IMG/VR virus record: IMGVR_UViG_3300044961_000667
Length of the DNA stretch: 64,000 bases
DNA from: a virus
Lineage: Duplodnaviria > Caudoviricetes
Strand: one strand, 5' to 3'
This document shows positions 18,713-26,925 of this stretch, piece after piece. Made by a program: the position numbers and the translations under genes. Within the stretch, counting starts at the first letter, position 1, and the number at the start of each line of letters is the position of its first letter. The notes beneath the pieces were generated by a model. That model had not been told where the DNA came from. It saw nothing but the letters and a program-made list of their open reading frames with translations, and ran no database searches.

Positions 18713-19749
18713 CACTTGCTCCAGTCCTTCGCGTTCTTCAGCGACTCCTCGATGTACTTTCTCACGTCGCCCTTCACCTCGTCCCACAGCTTCGCGCCCT
18801 CGTCATCCGTGTTCCAACCGAACTGCTTGGCGCAGATGTCCAGGGCTTCGTTCCTCCACCGAATCGGACGCTCGTTGGGGAGCAGCAGAGCGGACTCGAA
18901 GAAGAACATCAGCATCCCCATCTTGAAGGGGTCGATGTTCCGCTCCGTGCCCACCTTCGAGAGCGCGTTCTTGCCGCGGTAGGTGTGCAGGTCGAGCCCG
19001 TACCAGTCGACCGTGTCGGCCATCTCGATGTCGCCAGGCTCGACAACGATGCCAGGCCACGGAATGGGCTCCTGCTTCGGCTGGTCGATGAGCGCCATGA
19101 CGATGGCGCAGATCAACATCTCCTCGTCGCCCAGCATGCACTTCCGCACGAGCCGCCAGAGGCAGCCCTCGACGATCTGCTGCGTCCAGGGGTTGGTCGC
19201 CTCGGCTCGCGTGGTGATGACCCTCACCAATCCGTGACGAGCCAGGAACTCCTTCGCTCGGTGCGCCGCCATGCAGATGCGAGACGCCTCGATGTAGTCC
19301 TTCGCGTCGAGCGCCTTCTCCAAGCCCGTCACGGAGTACCACTTCGTCGTCTTCAGGTTCTCGTCCGCGATGGTGTAGAGCCAGCCCGCCTCCTTCGACT
19401 TGGGCAACGTCGCCAGGTTCGCGATGAGCGAGTACAGCCCCTTCATCTGCTCGGGACGCATCGGGCCTGCCGTCTTCATCATCGGCCACGTCTTGGCCTC
19501 GGCGTAGACCCGCGGCATGAACTCCCACCCCAGGTCCTCGACGCAGATGATCGGGATGCGCTTGCACAGCGCAATCCGCTCCTCCGTGCCGTGGGACACC
19601 ATGCCGGCGGCCGTGGCCAACGCCTTCTGGACCTCAGTCCGCCGCAGGTGCTTCTGGAAGGCGGACTTCAACTCCGCCGGGTGAACCTTCGACTTCCGTG
19701 GCCCCTCGAAAAGGGCCACCTGGACTGCTGCTTTCTGAGCCACTGACAT
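18712..19749 (-). CDS. RarA/MgsA C-terminal-like domain protein lacking the AAA+ ATPase
   Basis: LKSAFQKHLRR...KRIPIICVEDLG resembles RarA SALHKSIRG...RRLVIIASEDIG; later YGLDLHT. No Walker A. Confidence 0.6.
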   Translation of the reverse strand: MSVAQKAAVQVALFEGPRKSKVHPAELKSAFQKHLRRTEVQKALATAAGMVSHGTEERIALCKRIPIICVEDLGWEFMPRVYAEAKTWPMMKTAGPMRPEQMKGLYSLIANLATLPKSKEAGWLYTIADENLKTTKWYSVTGLEKALDAKDYIEASRICMAAHRAKEFLARHGLVRVITTRAEATNPWTQQIVEGCLWRLVRKCMLGDEEMLICAIVMALIDQPKQEPIPWPGIVVEPGDIEMADTVDWYGLDLHTYRGKNALSKVGTERNIDPFKMGMLMFFFESALLLPNERPIRWRNEALDICAKQFGWNTDDEGAKLWDEVKGDVRKYIEESLKNAKDWSK

Positions 19750-19833
19750 CTCCCTCTGCCCTCAATGGGCGCTTCATCAAAGTCCATGAACCACAGAAGC
19801 CATTGTAGCCAAAAACTGGCTGAAAACAATGGC

Positions 19834-20091
19834 TTAGGGCTCGCCACTCATCGAAATCGCCTGGGCCATCCCCTGCGCCTTGGCGGACAACAGGACCATC
19901 TCTCCAGGGAGTGCCTGGAGCATCGTCCTCACCTCTTCCTCGTCCATCGGCTCATCATCTCGAACGCTCTCGACGAGCTTCACCCAGCGGTCCAGCAACT
20001 CCCTGGCTGAGCGAAGCTCGTCGAGCAACGTCGTCTTGGTGAGCGGATAGAAGTGGCCGAGGGCTGTTGGATCCAGCTTGGGCCGCGGCAT
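19834..20091 (-). CDS. Hypothetical protein
   Basis: 85 aa, normal codon usage, abuts the upstream gene. Confidence 0.6.
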   Translation of the reverse strand: MPRPKLDPTALGHFYPLTKTTLLDELRSARELLDRWVKLVESVRDDEPMDEEEVRTMLQALPGEMVLLSAKAQGMAQAISMSGEP

Positions 20092-20094
20092 CGA

Positions 20095-20994
20095 TCACCC
20101 CGCCGCTTCTTCTTCGCCCTCGTCGAGAGCGCCCAGGCTTCCGGCGACGTCAGCGCCGCAGAGGATCTCCTTCGCCTCGGGGTCGACCGCCACGATGCGA
20201 ATGCCCAGGAGCTTCTCGAACTTGCGCATGAACTTCGACACGTTCGCCTTCTTCGTGCCGCGCATGGCGTCGTTCGTCGCGAGCCAGTCCTGGCAGATCA
20301 GCTCCAGGAGGTAGCCCTTCTTGTCGGAGCCAGCGAGTTCCTTCGCCCGCTCCATGGCCGCGGTGACCGTCTGCAGCTGACCTTCGTAGAGGCCGAACGA
20401 GATGTGCGACAGCTTCTCGATCTTGTCCTTGTCTCCGTCGGAGTCGCTGGAGCCGGCACCGGCCTTGTCAGCAGCCTCCTTCTCCTTCTTCGCCTTGAGC
20501 ACGGCACGAGCCTCGTCGGCGAGCATCGTCGACGACATGTCACGAGCCTTCTCGATCCACTCGTCGGCGTTGGCCGCGCTGACCACGCCGACCAGCTCCT
20601 TCACCTTCGTCCAGCCGAGGGGACGGATCTTCTCGATCACGGTCTCGTCGCCCAGCTCGACGCCGAACCAGCTCCAGATCGAGATCAGGTACTGAGCCTT
20701 GCGGATCGCGAAGTCCAGCTCCTTCTCGACGTACTCGTTCCAGCTGGCGTAGCCCCACTGCAGGTAGAGCGGCTTGCCGTCCTGGCCGCCGTTCCACACC
20801 TTGTAGAGCAGCTGCGCCAGCTCGAAGTACGCGTTGTCGATCGTGTTCTTGAGCGTGACGATCCGACCACGAATCAGCTCGGGGTCTTCAGCCACCTCAC
20901 GCGGAATGCCCGTGGCGCCGTTCAGCACCACCACGTTGTCCTTGCCGAGGACCTCGGCGTCAACCGTCTGCTCTCTCGACTTCTTGCTTCCCAT
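20095..20994 (-). CDS. Hypothetical, probably DNA-binding protein
   Basis: Start MGSKK after AAGGAG. The WGYASWNEYVEKELDFAIRKAQYLI segment resembles phage HTH proteins of the DUF3102 type. Confidence 0.6.
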   Translation of the reverse strand: MGSKKSREQTVDAEVLGKDNVVVLNGATGIPREVAEDPELIRGRIVTLKNTIDNAYFELAQLLYKVWNGGQDGKPLYLQWGYASWNEYVEKELDFAIRKAQYLISIWSWFGVELGDETVIEKIRPLGWTKVKELVGVVSAANADEWIEKARDMSSTMLADEARAVLKAKKEKEAADKAGAGSSDSDGDKDKIEKLSHISFGLYEGQLQTVTAAMERAKELAGSDKKGYLLELICQDWLATNDAMRGTKKANVSKFMRKFEKLLGIRIVAVDPEAKEILCGADVAGSLGALDEGEEEAAG

Positions 20995-21307
20995 TGTGTG
21001 CTCCTTCTCGTTCATCGGTGAAAACCACTTCCTCACAGCGGATCTCCACCAGATCGTTCTGACTCTGGTGACCAGTCCGATTCATCAGCTGCCCGGCGAC
21101 GATCGCGTAGCCGCCCTTCCTCGCTCGATCCCTGCAGATCGAGACAAGCCCTCCATACACGTTCACGCGAACCCAGGTGGCCGCGCGCCCCTTTCCCTCC
21201 ACCGCCAGGAGGAACGAGCACGCCTGCTCTCCTCCGTTGGTCGCGCCGAAGTTGATGCTGCCGCCGATGTTGCCGGCCACGACGACCGAGTTGATCCCTC
21301 TAGCCAC
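20960..21307 (-). CDS. ssb: Bacterial-type OB-fold single-stranded DNA-binding protein without an acidic tail
   Basis: GTG 21307 with AAGGAG. INSVVVAGNIG...ACSFLLAVE...WVRVNVYG...KGGYAIVAGQL...VEIRCEEV follows the SSB pattern. Confidence 0.75.
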   Translation of the reverse strand: MARGINSVVVAGNIGGSINFGATNGGEQACSFLLAVEGKGRAATWVRVNVYGGLVSICRDRARKGGYAIVAGQLMNRTGHQSQNDLVEIRCEEVVFTDEREGAHNGKQEVERADG

Positions 21308-21947
21308 GCTGGTCTCCTTGCGTGCGTCGGACCCACAAGGCCCGCGCCACAACGTACGCATCCATCTGGTCGTCACCGCCTTCTTCCTTCGGCGGGAACG
21401 ACAATCCCCGCGCGAGAAGCTGCTCGCGCACTTGTTCCTTGACCGGCTTCACCTCAGCCCTCTTCGTCTTCTCCCACTTGCCGTCGACCTTCTTCCGAAC
21501 AGACTTCTGCTGGATGACGATCCCCACGTCCTTGCGCGCAGCCTGAGGCGGGATGGGCGTCGCGACGACACCGAGAGCCAAGAACAGCTGACACTTCGTG
21601 AACCCCTGCAGCTCGGCCAGCGGCTCTCGGCCGAACTGCTTGCCGAACGCATAGCCTTCGATGGCCACCTCGGGCTTCCCGAGGTCAGCGTGCTTCTTGA
21701 TCAACCCCAGCACCGAGTTCGCGATGCCGATGACCCGCTCCACGCGCTGCCGCTCGTTCTTCCCCGACAGCTGGTAGCCGAACACCTCGTACTGCTCGGC
21801 CACGCCGTCCGGCCTCAGCACCGCCACCGCGGTGTGGGTGAGCGACATGTCGAGCCCGACGATCTTGGCGGAGAGCGGAGCCGGCTTCGGCTTGAGCGCT
21901 GCCAGGAGATCCTCCTGCTCAGGAGATGGACGAAGATCGTCTCTCAC
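21300..21947 (-). CDS. RuvC-like Holliday junction resolvase
   Basis: IVGLDMSLTHTAV, VAIEGYAF, LAELQG, DQMDAYVVA. Confidence 0.85.
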   Translation of the reverse strand: MRDDLRPSPEQEDLLAALKPKPAPLSAKIVGLDMSLTHTAVAVLRPDGVAEQYEVFGYQLSGKNERQRVERVIGIANSVLGLIKKHADLGKPEVAIEGYAFGKQFGREPLAELQGFTKCQLFLALGVVATPIPPQAARKDVGIVIQQKSVRKKVDGKWEKTKRAEVKPVKEQVREQLLARGLSFPPKEEGGDDQMDAYVVARALWVRRTQGDQRG

Positions 21948-22888
21948 GGGGAGTCACCCAGCTTCGTCTTGCAGCCGAAGCACTTGGTCACGAGCTGACA
22001 CTCCTTGGCCCGGTCCGTCTTGGCGTTGTCGCAGACGGTGAGGCGAGGAGGCAGCTCGACGTCGCCGCCGATCCTGATGCCGCGGCGAATGGTCGTGATC
22101 ATCGACAGGACGTCATCTACCAGCTTCTGGTCGTACTCGACCTCGTAGACGCGCATGGCACGGAACCCGTAGCCACCCTTGTTCTGGTAGACGATGAGGC
22201 CGTCTTTCTGCCGCAGGCCAGTCATCCACATGTACACGTTCGTCTGGATGACGTGCGCGACGTTGGGCGACATGTCGACCTTGTTCTTGAACCCGTCCGG
22301 GTTGATCGACTTGAACTCGACGATGCGCTTGCCGTCTCCGAGGTCCAGGATGCCGTCAGGGTGACCGCGCAGCTTGTACTGCTGGTTCTCGACCTCGATC
22401 TCCCGGTAGAGGAACCACGAGCCACCACAGTCGGTCACCGCGTAGACGCCGGGTTGCTCCTCGATCACCTTCTTGCCGTCGCACAGCTTCGGCCTGCCGA
22501 TCGGCACCGCGTCGGTGCCGTGCATCTTGCCGCAGTCCATGCACTTCCAGAGGCCATAGAGCACTCCATGGGGCCCCAGGAACTCGTTCTGCATCACGAA
22601 GTGCCACCCGGAGCCGATGCCGTAGGTCAGCTGCTCATCCGGCGTGATGATGTCGGACCGACGCACTCCGCAGACACCAGCCAGAACCTCTTCTCTGGCG
22701 CAGAGGTACCCAAGCGACGAGACTCGAAACCACGCATCCGCGGAAGGGGGCTCTGAGTCGCCGGCGTATCGAGCCGTTCGCCTCAAGAACTCCACGAGGG
22801 ACTTGTCTCGAACACCCTCAGCCGGAACTTCGGCGGGCTTCCCGGCCCGCCCATACAGCATCTCGTGAATGAGATCTGCGAACGCCAT
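21944..22888 (-). CDS. Cas4-like PD-(D/E)xK exonuclease
   Basis: SSLGYLCARE, GHPDGIL, IVEFKS, QTNVYM and three C-terminal Cys (1+3 Fe-S pattern); internal CxxC insert. Confidence 0.8.
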   Translation of the reverse strand: MAFADLIHEMLYGRAGKPAEVPAEGVRDKSLVEFLRRTARYAGDSEPPSADAWFRVSSLGYLCAREEVLAGVCGVRRSDIITPDEQLTYGIGSGWHFVMQNEFLGPHGVLYGLWKCMDCGKMHGTDAVPIGRPKLCDGKKVIEEQPGVYAVTDCGGSWFLYREIEVENQQYKLRGHPDGILDLGDGKRIVEFKSINPDGFKNKVDMSPNVAHVIQTNVYMWMTGLRQKDGLIVYQNKGGYGFRAMRVYEVEYDQKLVDDVLSMITTIRRGIRIGGDVELPPRLTVCDNAKTDRAKECQLVTKCFGCKTKLGDSP

Positions 22889-22899
22889 TCACATCTCCT

Positions 22900-22917
22900 C
22901 GCGCAATCGATTGCGCG
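22900..22917. promoter_or_regulatory. Perfect 18-bp palindrome CGCGCAATCGATTGCGCG (copy 2)
   Basis: Abuts the GAGGAG RBS of the Cas4-like gene. Confidence 0.85.
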
Positions 22918-22939
22918 CCCGTCATCAAGGTCCAACCGC

Positions 22940-23311
22940 TCAACGATGAGCGGACTTCACCGACATCGACATCATCTCTTCGATCGTGGGCTCGCCTTCG
23001 ATCACCCCGAAGATCTGGTCTTCGGAAACGACACGCCAGGACCTGCTTGCGCCATCCTGGTGGTAGCTCTTGTCGTTGAACTGGTTGCCCATGTAGCAGT
23101 CGAACGCCACCAGGTCGCCGACCTTCACGTCGTGCACGACCGGAACGTTCTTCTTCGTCAGCCCCTGGCCGAGAGCCACCACTCGACCGAACCTGAGCCG
23201 CGCCTCCTTCTGAACGGGGATCAGGATTCCCGCCGCCGTCTTCGTCTCGGTGGGAAGCGGAATGTCTTCGATCTGAACGAAACCGTGCAGCGGTCTCAGC
23301 TTTGGGGCCAT
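22940..23311 (-). CDS. groES: Co-chaperonin GroES (Cpn10)
   Basis: KLRPLHGFV...TAAGILIP...GRVVALGQG...DVKVGDLV...VVSEDQIFGVIE. Confidence 0.88.
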   Translation of the reverse strand: MAPKLRPLHGFVQIEDIPLPTETKTAAGILIPVQKEARLRFGRVVALGQGLTKKNVPVVHDVKVGDLVAFDCYMGNQFNDKSYHQDGASRSWRVVSEDQIFGVIEGEPTIEEMMSMSVKSAHR

Positions 23312-23381
23312 GAAGAGCGGACTCCGTTGAGGGTCAAAAGCGTCGACTGTCAATCACAGAATCCGCCCTTCGTCCACCGCA

Positions 23382-23768
23382 TCAGACGTCGGCCTGTCGC
23401 GAGGCCGAGGCGTGCAGGGCCTCCGGCGAGAGGACGGCTCCGCGGGAGCCTTTGACCTTCGTCGTCTTGGCGGGCGCCGGCGGCAGCTCCGTGGTGATCT
23501 GCGGCTTCACCTTCGTCCTGCCCTTCTTCGGCTTGGCCGACTCCTTCCGCTTCACGGCGAGGACGCTCCTGGCCTTCGCGATCGACTCACGACGCATCTT
23601 GCGAACGGCCGCGTCCTTGTCGAGGAAGTCGAGGATCCTGCCCTTGATCACTTCGGCAGCCGAGGCCACCGCCTTCTCCCGCGCTTCCGCCGCCAGCTCA
23701 TCGACGGCTGCATCCAGTTTCACCACTGCCTTCGCCTGCAGGGTGGCCACATCGTTCTGCTTCTTCAT
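23382..23768 (-). CDS. Hypothetical protein with basic Lys/Ala/Pro tail
   Basis: ATG 23768 after AAGGAG. Confidence 0.65.
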   Translation of the reverse strand: MKKQNDVATLQAKAVVKLDAAVDELAAEAREKAVASAAEVIKGRILDFLDKDAAVRKMRRESIAKARSVLAVKRKESAKPKKGRTKVKPQITTELPPAPAKTTKVKGSRGAVLSPEALHASASRQADV

Positions 23769-23792
23769 GGTGCTCTCCTTGTGGAACAACGA

Positions 23793-24299
23793 TCACTTCT
23801 CCTGCTTCAGCCGCAGCAGCAATCTCGCTCGTAGCCGCTGCCTCAGCGCCTCCTTTGCCGCTGGTTCTGACTCCTGGTTGAACCTCGTGACCAACATCTG
23901 CGAGTCGGCCGCCCTGAATGCGACCGCCAGATCCACCGGGCTCTTGTCGTCGAGCGGGGCGTTGTAGAGCGCCCAGGCGAGCGGCGTCAGAGGCTTCTCG
24001 ATCCCGTACGACCTCAGAAGATCGAGCGCCTCCCTGATGAACGCGTCGATCTCTCGCATCGCCGAGGAGGCGTCGCTGCTCGACTCCGTCTCGGGGCTGT
24101 GCACCTTCAACCCCAGCCCGCGAACCCGGTCGAAGATCGACGCAGCCTCAGCCTCGATCGCTTCCTGCTTTCGACCTTCCAGGATGTACCCGTCACGCCT
24201 CATCTCGTCGATGATGTGGTCGCGCCACGCGAGCCTTTGCTCGTCGGTCCACTGCGCCATCGGCGCCGACGGCTCCTGGTAGCTACTCGTCTCGCTCAC
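23793..24299 (-). CDS. Hypothetical protein
   Basis: 168 aa, contiguous with neighbours. Confidence 0.65.
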   Translation of the reverse strand: MSETSSYQEPSAPMAQWTDEQRLAWRDHIIDEMRRDGYILEGRKQEAIEAEAASIFDRVRGLGLKVHSPETESSSDASSAMREIDAFIREALDLLRSYGIEKPLTPLAWALYNAPLDDKSPVDLAVAFRAADSQMLVTRFNQESEPAAKEALRQRLRARLLLRLKQEK

Positions 24300-24693
24300 G
24301 CACCGCTCCGAGCATCTCCTGGAACACGCGCATGGGGATCAGTACCCAGTCGCGCTCAACAAGCACTCGACGCTGACCGCCCAGCTTCGACCCACCAACA
24401 GCACCTTCAAGCTCGATGCTCATCGCCGGCGCCTTGTTCTTCGCCTCAGCGATCTGCTCGATCTCCGCCAGCATGTCCGCGGTGACCGAAATGCTCGCGT
24501 GCTTGGTCCGCTTGCAGCTGACCATCAGGTCTGGAGCCGCAACGTCACCTTTCGCCCATGGAAGCGACCCGCTGGCGGGCTGTCTGCTGCCTCCAACTCG
24601 CTCGGCAACTCTCCGCTCTTGGCGTTTCACCGCCCTGGGGTTGTGGGCCGGCTCTTCTCCGAACAGGAAGGTCTGCGGTTTCCTCGACATCAC
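24283..24693 (-). CDS. Hjc-like PD-(D/E)xK nuclease (putative resolvase)
   Basis: QERRVAERVGGSRQPASGS...KGDV...VSCKRT. Confidence 0.65.
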   Translation of the reverse strand: MMSRKPQTFLFGEEPAHNPRAVKRQERRVAERVGGSRQPASGSLPWAKGDVAAPDLMVSCKRTKHASISVTADMLAEIEQIAEAKNKAPAMSIELEGAVGGSKLGGQRRVLVERDWVLIPMRVFQEMLGAVRERDE

Positions 24694-24989
24694 TTCACCC
24701 TTCGCAAGTGCCGCGGACGAACTCCGCGAGCTGGGTGCTCAGGAAGACCGAGCGCGTCCTGCAGCAGCGGGAGCACCTTCCCTTCATCCTGGTAGATGAA
24801 TCGCCCACCGATGGCGTGGATCTCCTCCGCGTAGTGGCCCTTCACGCAGACGCAGACGATCACCGACGGTGTCGGCGCTTCGGGCGGAGGAGGCTGCAGC
24901 AATCGCACGCCGCACCAGGGACACGCTTTCCAGACTCGTCTCCTCCACCACCGGAAGAGACGACCAAAGATCGCGAGCACCCAGTTCAT
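24690..24989 (-). CDS. Small Cys-rich hypothetical protein
   Basis: CPWC...CVCVKGH; overlaps the next gene's start. Confidence 0.55.
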   Translation of the reverse strand: MNWVLAIFGRLFRWWRRRVWKACPWCGVRLLQPPPPEAPTPSVIVCVCVKGHYAEEIHAIGGRFIYQDEGKVLPLLQDALGLPEHPARGVRPRHLRRVK

Positions 24990-26207
24990 TCAGACCGCCA
25001 GGAACACCTTCGACACGGCCTGCTTCGTCTGCTCGAAGAGCGGCCTGTTCTCCATCCACATCTTGACGATCTGGCTCTTCTGCAAGCTCTCGCCGTTGAA
25101 GAGGAACTTGGTCGCCTTCTCGGGGTCGTTCTTCAGCAGGCCGTACTTGAGCCCCATGCCGAACACCGTCTCCTCTTCGACGACCTCGCCCTTCTTGTGG
25201 AACTCCGTGTCGACCAGAGCGACGGTGTACTCGCCCTCCATGCCGGGTCGAGACGTCTTGTTCTTGACGACCTTGAAGTTCTGGATCTGGTAGAGCGGCT
25301 CGCGCATCACGCCGTTCTTCTCGTCGTCTTCGGTGCCGTCGAGGATCACCTTCCCCGACCACGAGCGAATCTCCACCGAGGTGATGAACTCCTGCATCAT
25401 CCCGCCGGGCCGCGTTTCGGGGTTGCCGAACATCACGCCGATCTTCATGCGGACCTGGTTGAGCAGGATCACCGTCGGCGCGGTGTACATCGTGCGTCCG
25501 GTCTCGTTCAGCGCCGAGTTGATCTTGCGGCACATCTTGTTGACCAGGCGAGGCTGAAGGCCCTGCTGCCACTTCTCCGACGACTGCTCGATCTCGTCGA
25601 TCGGAACGAGCGCAGCGATGGAGTCCAACACCATCAAGTCACACGCCTGGGTGCGCAGGATGGCGTCCACGACATCGACGGTCTGCTCCGCCGTCTCCGG
25701 CCGCATGAGATGCAGTTCGTCGGTCCACACGCCGAGGACACGAGCCCATCGGATGTCGAAGGCCCCCTCGGCGTCGACCCACACGCACTTCATCGGGCGG
25801 AACTTGTCCTTGCACGAGAGGCACTTGCCGGAACGCGTGACCTTCACCTCGCCGGTCTTCTCGTCGACCGTCTCCTGGATGTCCCAGATCGCGACCTGGT
25901 TGCAGAGAGCGCACTTGCGCTGAGCCTTGGCAACCGCACGCAGGCTGTTGGTCGTCTTCCCGGAAGACTTCAGGCCGAAGAACATCGTCACGCGACCCCG
26001 AGGGATGCCGCCACCCATCGCCAGGTCGAGCGAGAAGATCCCCGTCTCGATCCGTGGGACGTCGACAGACGACATGTCGTCGGCCACCAACACGGTGTTC
26101 TTGCCGTAGTCCTTGTTGATCTTCTGCATGACGAGCTTCAGCTTTTCCTCGGGCGAGAGATCCTTGCCCTTGTCAGCCTTCTTCTCGTCTTTCTTGGCAG
26201 CACACAT
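24990..26207 (-). CDS. recA: RecA-family recombinase with zinc-ribbon insertion
   Basis: IETGIFSLDLAMGGGIPRGR, Walker A GLKSSGKTT, WVDAE, LMVLDSIAAL, LLNQVRMKIGVMFGNPETRPGG, VVKNK. Confidence 0.92.
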   Translation of the reverse strand: MCAAKKDEKKADKGKDLSPEEKLKLVMQKINKDYGKNTVLVADDMSSVDVPRIETGIFSLDLAMGGGIPRGRVTMFFGLKSSGKTTNSLRAVAKAQRKCALCNQVAIWDIQETVDEKTGEVKVTRSGKCLSCKDKFRPMKCVWVDAEGAFDIRWARVLGVWTDELHLMRPETAEQTVDVVDAILRTQACDLMVLDSIAALVPIDEIEQSSEKWQQGLQPRLVNKMCRKINSALNETGRTMYTAPTVILLNQVRMKIGVMFGNPETRPGGMMQEFITSVEIRSWSGKVILDGTEDDEKNGVMREPLYQIQNFKVVKNKTSRPGMEGEYTVALVDTEFHKKGEVVEEETVFGMGLKYGLLKNDPEKATKFLFNGESLQKSQIVKMWMENRPLFEQTKQAVSKVFLAV

Positions 26208-26233
26208 GGTGACGCACCCCTCGGGCGACTTGG

Positions 26234-26590
26234 TCAGACTCCGGTTTGCTTCTTGATGATGGACATGATCGCGTCACGCTCCTTCGCGATCTTGTCCTCC
26301 GCCCAGGCCATCGCTTCCTTGAAGCACGCCTCTTTCTCTTCGGCGTAGCAGGGAAGCGACAACCCGACGTCGACCTTCACCGAATGGTACTGCTTCGGGG
26401 AGATCGTCATGCCCAGGCCGACGAACACCTTGGCGGGCTCGGTGAGGAACTTGCGAACCTCGATCACCTGCCCATCGATGTCGGCGCCCTGGGTGACGTT
26501 CCCGTCTCCGTCCTTGTAGGTCGACCGCACCCACATCTTGCCTTCTGCGGCGATCAATTCCGCCGGCTTCGGCTTCGTCTCGTCTGCCAT
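26234..26590 (-). CDS. Hypothetical protein
   Basis: 118 aa, good codon usage. Confidence 0.65.
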   Translation of the reverse strand: MADETKPKPAELIAAEGKMWVRSTYKDGDGNVTQGADIDGQVIEVRKFLTEPAKVFVGLGMTISPKQYHSVKVDVGLSLPCYAEEKEACFKEAMAWAEDKIAKERDAIMSIIKKQTGV

Positions 26591-26613
26591 CTCCGTCCTC
26601 GCTTTCAGGGCCC

Positions 26614-26856
26614 TCAGCCCTTCTTCTTCGTCGTCTTGCTGCTCGCCTGCTTCGCTTCCATGAGCGCCTGGCGCTTCTTGCGATTCGCCTTCGCCCTCTC
26701 CAGCGCCCGCGCCCGATAGGCGGGGTCGCTGTTGTACTTCTGCTTCCGCTTCTCCTTCAGCTCAGCCGCCTTCTGCTCGTAGTACTCGGCGTTGTAGCTG
26801 GAGATCTGCTTGCGGTGAGCGTCAGCCCACTTCTTGTTCGACTCTGCTTTGCTCAT
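26614..26856 (-). CDS. Small basic helical protein
   Basis: 80 aa, Lys/Arg-rich; directly downstream of a strong promoter. Confidence 0.6.
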   Translation of the reverse strand: MSKAESNKKWADAHRKQISSYNAEYYEQKAAELKEKRKQKYNSDPAYRARALERAKANRKKRQALMEAKQASSKTTKKKG

Positions 26857-26892
26857 GCGAGTTCCTTCGCCCTCCCATCAAGACCAGCGGCG

Positions 26893-26925
26893 ATGGTACG
26901 GACATCGGCCCCTTTCGTCAAGAGG
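26893..26925 (-). promoter_or_regulatory. CCTC-TTGACG-17-TACCAT promoter
   Basis: -35 at 26916-26921, -10 at 26893-26898. Confidence 0.75.

Noticed and set aside
21944-22888. Cas4-like gene as part of a CRISPR-Cas system
   Set aside because: No repeat-spacer array or other cas genes in the window; solo Cas4-like nucleases are common in phage recombination modules.
23330-23353. TTG start or TTGACA promoter upstream of groES
   Set aside because: No acceptable -10 at 16-18 bp, and GroES homology begins at ATG 23311.
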